Origin: Mobula hypostoma
Lineage: Eukaryota
DNA: 64,000 bases
Direction of reading: 5' to 3'
NCBI RefSeq assembly: GCF_963921235.1
Contig: NC_086117.1
Span: 45,508,001 to 45,572,000, forward strand
Shown in pieces: positions 1 through 12,454 of the stretch (positions are counted from its first letter, which is position 1; the number at the start of each line of letters is the position of its first letter). Both the position numbers and the translations under genes were made by a program. Below the pieces are notes generated by a model. It was not told the origin of the DNA. It ran no database searches and saw only the letters and a program-made list of their open reading frames with translations.

Positions 1-1194
1 CAGGCCTGACCAGCAACGTCCATGACCTGTCATTCAATGTACACAGTATATTGATATGCATTTTGTATTCCAATTTGCAGCAAATGAAGTTTAACCAAAT
101 TTCCTAACATGGCACCATGAAAGGAGCAAGGTAGGAGGTACAGTGTGCAATGTTTTGTTATTATTTAGGACAGAAATAAAAATCAATGGAAAGTTTGCAG
201 AATAAATCTTCCCAAAAGCTGATGTCTAATTCAAAGGCATTTTCAGACGGGTTTGCATGTGTATTTTCAGATAGGTTTGCAAATGAAGATCAGATAGGCT
301 GATCATGGTAGAATTTTTAAAAATATTCTTGGATATTTTTATTTAATTGAAAGATTAGTGGCTATGGTAATGTACAAAACCAATCACAGATGGAGAAAAT
401 CTACTATAATCTGTCATCATTGGTAATGAAAAAAGTGCAAAACAACTGGGCTGAAAAACAAACTGATCCAAAACTAGGAACAGGAAACGGAACTGAGTGC
501 AAAAAGGGTTCATCAGGATGTGCACAGTTAATGTATGCAGCTGTTGGTGATTCTCCAAGCAATCTCACATCTCATCCTAACATTTTCCGGACATGATAGG
601 CAAGTCTCAAATTCTCGCAAATCATAAAGAACCACAATCACGTGGTCAGAGTGCCATAAAACAGCTGGTTAAAGGAGTTTACAGGAGTGGCAGCAGCCAC
701 ATCATCTGATGGCTAGTGATAAGCTAAATAGATGTGAACAGTTAATAAAGTAAATGCCCAATCAACTGAGCAACGAAATGAAACTGAACCAGATTTTGCT
801 TATCTGCTCCATGGGCAATCTATTAAACATAACATTGCGAATAAGAACAGACAGAAGTCAAGGCTGTTGCCGAACTGTAGAACCGTACATCAGCAAAGGT
901 CAGCACACAGGTTATTATTTAAAACTCGAAGGCTATAACTCGTGGGCGGAGGATGCAGCTGATATCAGGGCAGAGTCATGCATAATCTTTATCCATGATT
1001 TTGCTGAGAAAATGAAGCGCAATAAGATCCAAGTTTAGTAATGATGGGAAGCTGGGTAAGTGTCAGTTGTGAGGTAGAAGGAGAGGCTCCAGGACAAGTG
1101 GCTGGATATGGACAAGACAGACAGAATATAACCGGTAAACTGAGAGGTCCCCTACAATATGGAAAAAATAACAAGGTTAAATGATTTTTTTTTA

Positions 1195-1860
1195 AACAAT
1201 CAGTGACGGACTGAAAGATGCTGGTGTTTCAGAGAATCTGGGGACTCTGGTACACAAATCACTGAAAACTCATATGCAGGAACAGTATGCAATAGAAAGT
1301 CTTAATCGCAAGAGGACTGAAGTAAAAAGTTCTGTATCGGTGAACAACCCTGCTGTGATTACATTGCAAACAACTTTCAGGTCCACTTCCCTGTCACGGG
1401 AAGGACATGTCCACGGAAGAGCGAGTAAGATCAGGGGTCACTAAACTGGCTCTTTTGGGATTGTCCTACAAAGAGAGGTGAAACAGGTTGGCCCTGTCCT
1501 CTAGAAAAGTTAGATTAATGAGATGTGATTTCATTGAAATGTACAAAATTCTGATGTAGCCTGACAAGAGTGGATACACAGATGGTGTCTTCCCTAGCCA
1601 GAGTATTTATAATTGTGATACCATCCGAAGATTAGAGGACAGCCATCAAGGTAGCTACTGAATTTTCTACTGAGACGGTGTGGGGCTAGTTGCTGAGTTT
1701 ATTGAAGAAACAGATCAATGGAGGTTTGGGAATCAAGAGATGTGGACTAGTGCACAGGAGAGTGTTAATGAGATCAAAGATAAGCAATGATTTGACTGAA
1801 TAGCACAGCTAGCCATGGGCCACATGGCCGACTCTTGCTTCAATTTCCAAGTTCTTAAGT
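1195..1860 (+). mobile_element. Degraded CR1-type LINE 3' fragment
   Basis: Decayed RT C-terminal sequence and CR1-like 3' end, with many indels. Confidence 0.6.
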
Positions 1861-2464
1861 GCTGTGTTGAGAGGCCACATCAGTGGGACTGCACCCCAAT
1901 CAGAGGCCACATCAACTGCAGTGTAGCTGAGTAGGTATTTCTGGAACTCTATCTCAGTGAAGTCAGAGCCCATGGAAAATTCTCCATCCAGAGTAAGCAT
2001 GCGTAGCAGCAGTTGATAAACTGATGAAAGAAAAACGTAAGATGTAGACACTAACACTACATAGAGTTTACTAGTCACTGCAACCACATGCACCTGAGAC
2101 AGTACAAGACTATCAAGTTCAACATACGTCTTACATTTGCAATCAGATTCTGCAGCCAGAAGCTAAACAAAGTCATTGTCAAGCAGACTAACACTCACCC
2201 AATGTACCAGTGGAGGGAACTGCACCACCTGAACAGAATGAATTCAGAGGATTGATAACCACGACACAAAGTGAAATGAGAAGGAGCTTACAAGTTGTAG
2301 AAAGAGCACTCTCCCAAGTTCACCTCAATGGGATTCGATAAGAGGGAAGCCAGGGAATTTTTCCAGGTTGTAGGATTACTGACAGGGAGCTGTATTTGGT
2401 GCGTGGATGAAAGGAAAATTGAGGGTTATGGGCTACATAGGAGGGAGGGGTTATATTGGTAAAA

Positions 2465-4880
2465 CCATAAGATGTAGGAGCAGAATTAGGTCATTCAGCA
2501 CATTAAGTCTGCTCTGCCATTTCATCATGGCTGATACAATTTTCCTCTCAGCCTCAATCTCCTGCTGTCTCCCCATATCACATGACCTGACCAGTCAAGA
2601 ATCTACCAACTTCTGCCTTAAATATACATGAAGACTTGGCCTCTGCCATTTCTTTGCCCATTCTCCTAAACTGTCGAAGTCCTTCTATCGCCTCCCCACT
2701 TCCTCAAAACTATCTGCCTCTCCACCTATCTTCATATCATCTGCAAAATTTGCAACAGTGCCATCAATTCCATCATCCAAATCATTGACATATGTCGTAA
2801 AAAGAATCAGTCCCAACACAGACCCCCGAGGAACACCACTGGTCACCAGCAACCAACCAGAAAAGACTCCTTTATTCCCCACTCTTTGCCTCCTGCCAAT
2901 CAGCTACTGTTTTTTCCATGCTAGAATCTTTCCTATAATACCATGAGCTCATAGCTTGTTAAGCAGCCTCATGAGTGGCACCTTGTTAAAGGCCTTCTGA
3001 AAATCCAAATACACATCAACCGATTCTCCTTTGTCTATCCAGCTTGTTATTTCTTCAAAGAATTCCAACAGTTTTATCAGGCAAGATTTTCCCTTGACGA
3101 AACCATACTGACTATGGCCTATTTTACCACATGCCTGAAAGTACCCTGAGACCTCATCCTTAATAATCGACTCCAACATCTTCTCAAGCACTGAAATCAG
3201 ACTAACTGGCCTATAGTTTCCTTTCTTCTAGAAGAGGAGTGACATTTTAATTTTCCAGTCTTCTGGAGCCATTCCAGAATGTAGTGATTCGTGAAAGATC
3301 ATTACTAATGCCTCCACAATCTCTTCAGCCACCTCTTTCAGAATCCTGGGGTGTACACAATCTGGTCTGGGTGACTGATCTACCTTCAGACCTTTCAGTT
3401 TCCCTACAACCTTCTCTCTAGTAATGGTAACTCCGCACACTTCATGACCCTCGACACGGAACTTTCACCATACTGCTAGAGTCTTCCACACTGAAGACTG
3501 ATTCAAAATACTTATTCAGTACCACTATTGGTACCTCTCCAGCATCATTTTCCCGCAGTCCGATATCCACTGTCAACTCTTTTACACTTTATGTATCTGA
3601 AGAAACTTCTGGTATCTTCTATAATTATTGGCTAGCTTAATTTCATAATCCATCTTTACCCTCTGAATGTCTTTTTTGTTGCCTTTTGTTCATTTTTAAG
3701 TTTCCCAATCCTCTGACTTCTCACTAATTTTTGCTGTATTATACGCCCTCTCTGGATTTTATGTTGGCTTTGATTCTTCTTGTCAATCACAGTCATTTTG
3801 CATTTAGAATACTTCTTTCTCTTTGGGATGTATACATCCTGTGCCTTTTGAATTGCTTCCAGAAATTCTAGCCATTGCCGGTCTGCCATCATCCCTGCCA
3901 GTGTTCTTTTCCAATAAATGCTGGCCAACTCCTCTCTCATGCCTCTGTAGTTCCATTTACTCCACTGTAATACTGATATATCTGACTTTAGCTTCTCCTT
4001 CTCAAATTTTATCACATTATAATCACTTTCCCCCAAGGGTTCTTTTACCTTAAGCACTCTAATCAATTTCGGTTCATTGCACAACACCAAATCCAGAATA
4101 GCTGATCCCCAAGTGGGCTCAACCACGAGCTGCTCTAAAAAGCCATCTTGTGGCACTCTAGAAATTCCCCTCCTGGAATCTAGCACCAACCCGTTTCCCC
4201 CCCCCCCCCCCGTCTACCTGCATATTGAAATCCCCCATTGCCCTTTTGGTATGCATTTTCTATCTCCTGTTGTAATTTGTAGATCACATCCTTGGGGATC
4301 TGTATACAACTCCCATCAGGGTCCTTTTATCCTTGCAGTTCCTTAGCTCTATCCACAATGATTCAACACCTTCCTATGCTCTGTCACTCTTTTGAGTGAT
4401 TTGATTTGATTTCAATTTTTTTTTTTACCAACACAGCAACACCTGTCCTTTCTGCCTTCCTGCCTGTCCTTTCGATACAATGTACATTCTTGGACATTAA
4501 GCTCCCAACTATAATCTTCTTTCAGCCATGATTCAGTGATGTCTACAACATCATACATGCCAAACTGTAACTGTGCTACAAGTTAATCTACCTTGTTCCG
4601 TATGCTGTGCGCATTCAAATACAACTTCAGTATTATATTCATCTTTTCGACTTTGTCTGCCTTTGACGTTGCAACTCATCCTGTTGACTGCAATTTTGCC
4701 CTTTCAACAACCACTCCTCACTACACATTGCGTCTGTTTGTAAACCAGCTACCTCATCTTCAGCACTATTATCTGCCTGTCCGACAATACTTCTTGCTTT
4801 GAAATCTATACAGCCCAGGACACTTGTTGCAGATGCTCAATCTTTTGATTCCTAACTTTGTCTGAGGTCTGACTAACATC
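2465..4880 (-). mobile_element. CR1/HER1-type LINE fragment (endonuclease to RT)
   Basis: ORF pieces VTSGVPRGSVLG...FADDMKIGG, YLDFQKAFNKVP and AILDLVLCNEP. Confidence 0.9.
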
Positions 4881-5948
4881 AGGGAGTAAGTAGGCCTTTC
4901 TAGGTCGGCACAACATTGTGTGCCAAAGGGACCATTCTGTTCTCTACTGCTTTATGTTCTAAAATGAAAATAAAGGGCGTCAGAAAAAAAAGGGGGAACA
5001 ACAAAAGTGGAGAGGTGACAACCAAAGTGAGAGCTGGAGTACAAGGCCAGAGGTGGCAAGGTAAAGCAATAATGTAGGTTGTTACCATACTCCCAAATTC
5101 GCGTGCTCTTACACTGCCAAGAGGAAGCAGGGGCAGATGCAATGTCGGAGGGCTAGGGGTAGCAGTGGTCTGAGAAGTACCAACAGTGTCGGGGAAACTA
5201 TCCTGTTTCTGTGACTATGTGGTTCTATTAGAGTATTCTGTCTAATTCTGGATAGCATGCTTAACGACAGAAGCCAAATACTGGGGACAGTTGAGAAAAT
5301 TTCCACGAATAACACAGGTAATAAAGCACCAGTTCTGTGGAAATGCTGCTGAAGCTGGATTGCTCAACCTACAGAACAGAGGTGGAGGAATTTAACCAAT
5401 GTTAAAGAATCATCATGCTTTATAGAAAAACTTAAGAGAAAGTGGTTCTACTGACTGGAGGCTCAACAACATGAAGATCACAGACTTAAGGCTTCTTTAA
5501 AGAACAAGTTGTTATTTGGATTTCACCGAGTGAAAATGTGAAGGAATCTGATTCAAAGCTACCTCTCAAAAAGGACATTTAATAAATAGTCTATAGCACC
5601 TCAGGCAACAAAGGAGGATTAACTTGCACCTCGAGAGAGCTGGCATAGACAAGATGGGCAAAAGGATTTCAAATGCTGCAAGTTACTTTAATATTCACTT
5701 TAGGCCACAATAAAAACTCTCATACAAATTATTGTTAAAAAAATAATTCTGCCTATGAATCCTTACAGTCAAGTTTTAAGGAGGAAAGGCAGGAAAATTT
5801 TACTTCAAAATTAGAAGATGAAAGACAATTCACACAGCTGCACTGAGTTCCAGCTCTTTCCAGAAAAATGAAGACATTTACACAACAAATGCAAAAGAAA
5901 TGAATCTCTCGTTTAGCAAAACAGGAAAAGGTTAATGAGAGCACTGAC

Positions 5949-5996
5949 CTTTATCCACAATGTCCCAAACTTCCACCTTCACGATATCGTCAGTTG
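5949..5996 (-). CDS. RABL6: RABL6 coding exon 3
   Basis: Acceptor tttcag, 48 nt, donor GTCAGT. Encodes TTDDIVKVEVWDIVDK(G). I did not find exon 4 in 1-5948, so it is presumably off-window. Confidence 0.95.
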
Positions 5997-6059
5997 CTGA
6001 AACACAAAAGTTGGTACTTTTTCACTTGAATGTAAAAACTGAAAAAAAAATCAAACTTA

Positions 6060-7600
6060 CAGCATTGACGGAGACGTGAGCTAAGAACACAGATAGAAAG
6101 CCACTGTGCAACAGAATCCCTGCACCACCAAAACTTTAGAACGCAAGATCACCGTACACAAGGCAATTATTGCAGAGTTTGATCAACAAGGGAGTCTCAA
6201 ATAATAACACCACCACTGAACAGGACTCCAGAAACCAGAAAACAATGGAATGGACTATTGGGTCTCAGGAACTCAGACAAGAGCAGAGAAGTCAAATGAA
6301 CCCACAGTTCCACTAACAGAACCAGTAACAAATCCCAGAACCCCCATCATTGAGAAGAAAGATGATCGACCCTGGGATCGCTGTCAGTAAATTAAAATCA
6401 AAAAATAAACTGCAAATGCTAGAAATACAAATTAAAACTAGGTAAACAGGGAAGGCAGCATCTGTGAAAAGAGAACAAACATTAACAGTTCAGGTCAGAA
6501 TCACTTCAAAGCTTTTTTGATTTGAAATGTTAACTCTTACTAGAGTGACTCCATCACCTGCTAAATGGGTCTACCATTGTCTGGCTTTACATCAATAATG
6601 TCAGGCAATAAATAGAAAAGCAAAATGAGCCAGAACAGACAAATCAAGCTCCAGACATATTAACTGTTTCGCTTCCCATTAAAGAAGCTGCATCCAAATA
6701 TTTCCAACTATTTTTGGTTTTATTTGAAACAAATATATAATTTTAGCTCCAATCTAACCAACTAAGGGCAGGGTGTCAGAGCTCAGGACATCAGACAACT
6801 AAGGGACCATCTCCATCAGCACAGGGTGCTATTAGCTGGAGCAGTGGGCTAAGTTAATCTATTTAATATTAATACAACAGCTTAAGCTAGCCGGGACCCC
6901 AGATAATAAGCAGGACAATTTCCCTGAGCTCAAAATCAGGTGAGAGTCTGACCAATCCCACTGTGATAACCAAGGAAACCAAACCCTTAACATTAAGAAA
7001 AAACAGACAGGTTAATCGAACCCAAAACTCCTGAGAAATATGCGGAGGCTTAACAACCTCCAGGCACCAATAGCAGCAGGACAGTCTATCCAAATCTAAG
7101 GGTTCCAGACGATCATAGAATGAGATAACCAAGCACCAGGCAATCATGGGACAGACTAAGCTCCAGTTACCAGTTAATAAGGAACTGGCTAACCAAACCC
7201 AAGACACCTGAAAATAATGGAATAGACAACCTGCACCTGGGGCACAATAATAACAGAGGAATCTATCCAACCTGCAGACAACAGTAAACTTGCCTACAGG
7301 AACTGGACTGTGGCAAGCTGACCAAGCAAACAGGTAATAATACAAAAGGCTAACTGAGCCCAGAAACTTAGTCAATAATAGGCCAGGCTACTCGAATTCC
7401 AGACACCAACAAAACCATCTCACTAAACTCAAGGTAGTGTACACTATCAGAGCAACCTAAATGAATCACACAATGGGACTGGCTATGTCAGGACACGAAG
7501 CAATAACAGGGCAAGCTAAAGAAGCCTAAGACACGAGGCAACAATGAAACAGGATAAATAAGCTCCAGGTGACAGACAATATCCAAGACAGCAAATTACA
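6060..7600. repeat. Degenerate ~38-bp minisatellite in RABL6 intron 2
   Basis: Recurring units like CAATAACAGGACAGGCTAACCAAACCCAAGACACCA (7175-7212, 7335-7410, 7501-7576). Clearest at 6870-7600 and interrupted by other repeats. Confidence 0.6.
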
Positions 7601-8112
7601 ATAAGAAATTTTGAAAAGTTGAATAAATTGTGAAAATAAGAGAAAAAAATATTGATGTTGTACATGGATTCGCTGGCCATTCAGAAATCTGAAGGTGGAG
7701 GGGAAGAAGCTGTCCCTAAAGTTTTTTGAGTGCCTTTAGGCTCTTGTACCTCCTCCTTGATGGTAGCAATGGGAAGTGGGCAGGTGCTGGGTGATGCCAC
7801 CTTTCAGAGGGATTGCCTTTTGCAGATGTTCTCGATGCTGGGGAGGCTAGTGCCCATGATGGAGTTGGTTGGGTTCGCAATCTTCTGCAGCCTTTTCCGA
7901 TCCTGTGCCCGTTCATACCAGATGGTGATGCAACAAGTTAAAATGCTCTCCACAGTATATCTGTAGAAACTTGCAAGAGTCTTTGGTGGCCAACCAAGTC
8001 TCCTCAAAGTCCTAATGAAAAATAGCCGCTGTCATACCCTCTTTGTAATTGCATCAATATGTTGGGCCCACGAATAGATCTTCAAAGGTGTTGACACCCA
8101 GGAACTTGATAT

Positions 8113-11035
8113 TAGAAACATAGAACACCTACAGCACAATACAGGTCCTTCGGCCCACAATGCTGCACCAAACATGTACTTTTTTAGAAATTACCTAGGG
8201 TTACCCATGGCCCTCTATTTTTCTAAGCTCCATGTATCTATCCAGGAGTCTCTTAAAAGACCCTATCATATCCGCCTCCACCACCGCTGCTGGCAGCCCA
8301 TTCCACGCACTCACCACTCTCTGCATAAAAAACTTACCCCTGACGTCTCCTCTGTACCTACTTCCAAGCACCTTAAAAATGTGCCCTCTCATGTTAGCCA
8401 TTTCAGTCCTGGAAAAAAGCCTCTGACTATCCACAAGATCAATGCCTCTCATCATCTTATACACCTCTATCAGGTCATCTCTCATCCTCCGCTGCTCCAA
8501 GGAGAAAAGGCCGAGTTCACTCAATCTATTCTCATAAGGCATGCTCCCCAATCCAGGCAACATCCTTGTAAATCTCCTCTGTACCCTTTCTATAGTTTCC
8601 ACATCCTTCCTGTAGTGAGGTGACCAGAACTGAGCACAGTTCTCTAAGTGGGGTCTGACCAGGGTCCTATATAGCTATAACATTACCTCTCGGCTCTTGA
8701 AGTCAATCCCACAGTTGATGTATGCCTTCTTAACCACAAAGTCAACCTGCGTAGCAGCTTTGAGTGTCCAATGGACTCAGACCCCAAGATCTCACTGATC
8801 CTCCACACTGTCAAGAGTCTTACTATACCATTAATACTATTAATAATATTCTGCCATCATATTTGACCTACCAAAATGAACCATCTCACACTTATGTGTT
8901 GAACCTCATCTGCCACTTCTCAGCCCAGTTTTGCATCCTATCGATGTCCCGCTGTAACCTCTGATGACCCTCCATACTATCCACAACATCCCAAACCTTT
9001 GTGTCATCAGCAAATTTACTAACCCATCCCTCCAGATCCTCATCCAGGACATTTATAAAAATCATGAAGAGAAGGGGTCCCAGAACAGATCTATGAAGCA
9101 CACCACTGGTCACCGACCTCCATGCAGAATATGACCCATCCACAACCACTCTTTGCCTTCTGTGAGCAAGCCAATTCTGGATCCACAAAGCAAGGTCCCC
9201 TTGGATCCCATGCCTCCTTACTTTCTCAATAAGCTCGCATGGTGTACCTTATCAAATGCCTTGCTGAAATCCATTTACAAGGGGTGATTGATAAGTTTGT
9301 GGCCTAAGGTAGAAGGAGTCAATTTTAGAAAACCTAGCACATTTATTTTTCCTACATTTACACACTTAGTCCAGCGGTCGTGGAACATACAGATCCCTTC
9401 CTTGTAGAAGTCGGCATCTTGGACCTCCAGAAGTGGTCCACAGTAGGGGTGATTGATAAGTTCCTGGCCTAGGGTAGAAGGAGATGAGTTAATAACTTCA
9501 ATCTTTCTGCATTTTCACTCAAAGAGTTGAACTGCACGTGCATGTAACGAGAGCAGTATAACTCATCTCCTTCTACCTTAGACCACGAACTTATCAATCG
9601 TCCCTGCTGTGGACCACCTGGAGGTCCAAGTCACTCTCGTTACATGCACGTGCAGTTCAACTCTTTGAGTGATAATGCAGGAAGTTTGAAGTTAATAACT
9701 CATCCCCTTCTACCTTAGGCCACGAACTTATCAAGCACCCCTGTTGTGGACCACTTCTACAAAGAAGGGACCCGTATGCTCCACGACCGCTGGACTAAGT
9801 GTGTAAATGTAGGAGGGGACTATGTTGAAAAATAAATGTGCTAGGTTTTCTAAAATTGACTCCTTCTACCTTAGGCCACAAACTTATCAATCACCCCTCG
9901 TACACTACATCTACAGCTCTACCTTCTTCAATGTGTTTAGTCACATCCTCAAAAAATTCAATCAGGCTCGTAAAGCACAACCTGCCTTTCACAAAGCCAT
10001 GCTCACTATTCCTAATCATATTATGCCTCTCCAAATGTTCATAAATTCTGCCTCTCAGGATCTTCTCCATCAACTTAACAACCACTGAAGTAAGACTCAC
10101 TGGTCTACAATTTCCTGGGCTATCTCTACTCCCTTTCTTGAATAAGGGAACAACATCTGCAACCCTCCAATCCTCTGGAACCTCTCTTGCCCCCACTGAT
10201 GATGCAAAGATCATTGCCAGAGCCTCAGCAATCTGCTCCCTCGCCTCCCACAGTAGCCTGGGGGGTATCTCATCTGGTCCCGATGACTTATCCAACTTGA
10301 TGCTTTCTAAAAGTTCCAGCACATCCTCTTTCTTAATGTGTATATGCTCAAGCTTTTCAATTCGCTGTAAGTCATCCCTACAATCGCCAAGATCCTTTTC
10401 CATAGTGAATACTGAAGCAAAGTACGCATTAAGTACCTCTGCTGTCTCCTCCAGTTCCATACACACTTTTTCACTGTCACACTTGATTGGTCCTATTCTC
10501 TCACATCTTATCCTCTTGCTCTTCACATATCTGTAGAATGCCTTGGGGTTTTCCTTAATCCTGCTCACCAAGGCTTTCTCATGGCCCTTTTTGGCTCCTA
10601 ATTTCATTCTTAAACTCCTTCCTGCCAGCCTTATAAATCTACTAGATCTCCGTCATTACCTAGTTTTTTTGAACCTTTCGTAAGCTTTTCTTTTCTTATT
10701 GACTAGACTTTCAACAGCCTTGTATACCACAGTTCCTGTACCCTACCATCCTTTCCGTCTCATTGGAATGTACCTATGCAGAATGCCACGCAAATATCCC
10801 CTGAATATTTGCCAAATATCTGCCGTACATTTCCCTGAGAACACCTGTTCCCAATTACTGCTTCCAAGTTCCTGACTGATAGCTTCGTATTTCCCCTTAC
10901 TCCAATTAAACACTTTTCTAACTTGTCTGTTCCTATCCCTCTCTAATGCTATGGTAAATGAGATAGAATTGTGATCACTGTCTCCAAAATGCTCTCCCAC
11001 TGAGAGACCTGACACCTGACAAGGTTCATTTCCCA
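8113..11035 (-). mobile_element. Young 5'-truncated CR1/HER1-type LINE
   Basis: Near-continuous RT (ORFs 9891-10607, 8892-9188 with FADD, 8201-8602) and an octamer tail TTTCTATG. Same subfamily as the copies at 35748 and 39808. Confidence 0.93.
9278..9900. mobile_element. Fold-back mariner non-autonomous element
   Basis: TIRs CAAGGGGTGATTGATAAGTTTGTGGCC / GGCCACAAACTTATCAATCACCCCTCG with a TA duplication (9276-9277, 9901-9902). Carries the mariner transposase C-terminus FYKEGTRMLHDRWTKCVNVGGDYVEK-stop at 9755-9835. Confidence 0.92.
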
Positions 11036-11116
11036 TATTGCTCACCCTTTCCACTCCTGATCCCTCGATGTGGCCTGGTGTGTGATCCCTCCACTTCCCC
11101 CTTCTTGAAGTCTGCA

Positions 11117-11365
11117 TGGTATCGTGGTGGTTAGCACAACGCTTTATAGCACCATCAACCCAGGTTCAATTCCCACTGCTGCCCGTAAGGAGTTTGTATG
11201 TTCTCCTCGTGACCATGTAGATTTCCTCTGAGTGCTCTGGTTTTCTCCCACAGTCCAAAGATGTTAATTGGTCATTACAAATTGTCCTGTGATTAGGCAG
11301 GGATTAAATTGGGGGTTGTTGGGCATGTGGCTCGAAGGGCCTACTCCATGCTGTCTGTCAGTAAA
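11117..11365 (+). mobile_element. tRNA-derived V-SINE (HE1-like)
   Basis: A-box-like head, B box GGTTCAATTCC, and V-domain-like GAGTTTGTATGTTCTCC...CTCCCACAGTCCAAAGA. Confidence 0.8.
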
Positions 11366-11571
11366 TATCTACAATCAATTCCTCGGTCGTACTGACATTG
11401 AGTGTTGTGACAGCACTCAAAACCAGCTGATCCATCTCACTCCTGTATGCCTCATCATCATCTGAAATTCTGCCAACAATAGGTGTGTCATGCACAAATT
11501 TATAGCTGGCATTTGATGCCCAGCCACACCTTCATGGCTGTAGAGAGAGTAGTGCATTGGGCTAAGCATGT

Positions 11572-12223
11572 ATTAGATTGAGGACACGCAGTTCTTTTTT
11601 ATTGTCATTCAGTAATGCATGCATCAAGAAATGATACAATGTTCCTCCAGTGTGATATCACATAAACACGAGACAAACCAAGACTTAAAAAACTGACAAA
11701 AACCACATAATTATAACATATAGTTACAACAGTGCAAAGCAATACTGTAATTTGATAAAGAACAGACCTTGGGCATGGTAAAAAAAAAGTCTCAAAGTCT
11801 CTCGAAAGTCCCATCATCTCACGCAGGCGGTGGAAGGGAGAAACTCTCCCTGCCATGAACCTCCAGCGCCGCAAACTTACTGATGCAGCACCCTGGAAGC
11901 ACCCGACCACAGCCGACTTGAGTCCGTCCGAAAACTTTGAGCCTCCGACACCGAGCACCATCTTTGCCAAGCGCTTCAACCCCGGCCCCGGCAACAGGCA
12001 ACAGGCAAAGCCGAGGATTTGGGGCCTTCCCCTCCGGAGATTCTCAATTGCACAGTAGCAGCGACAGCGAAGCAGGCATTTCAGAAGTTTCTCCAGGCGT
12101 TCCTCCGTGCTTCTCACATCTATCTCCATCAAATCAGGATTGTGCACGGCCCCTACTTAACAAATACGATATCATTTCAGAGCGGCCGCACGCGCTGCAT
12201 CGCACCGCCATCTTCTCCTCCCC
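11572..12223 (-). mobile_element. ~650-bp non-autonomous retroposon, copy 1
   Basis: 5' end GGGGAGGAGAAGATGGCGG, 3' end GACAATAAA...GTCCTC plus a short AATCT tail. Highly similar to copies at 25350 and 43972. Confidence 0.8.
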
Positions 12224-12454
12224 TCCACTGAGGTTTTGATTGTCAGCAAGGAGGAAATGTTATTTGATCGTCAACATGGATGCTGAGTATGGTCTCCCAA
12301 TAAAGGAAGGCAATGATCCATTTGCAGAGGGAGGTACAGAGGCCAGGCTTTGAAGATTTTGATTGGTACCGAGGATATGTTAGTGTTGAATGCTGAGCTG
12401 TAATCAATAAGCAGCAGCCTGACATTGTTATTACTATAGTTCAGATGATGTTGG

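Noticed and set aside
6887-7375. 162-aa Cys/Trp/Leu-rich minus-strand ORF
   Set aside because: A by-product of the A/C-rich degenerate tandem array.
11605-12147. 180-aa ORF in the three-copy retroposon
   Set aside because: The frame is not preserved in the other two copies, which differ by indels, and it has no recognisable domain.
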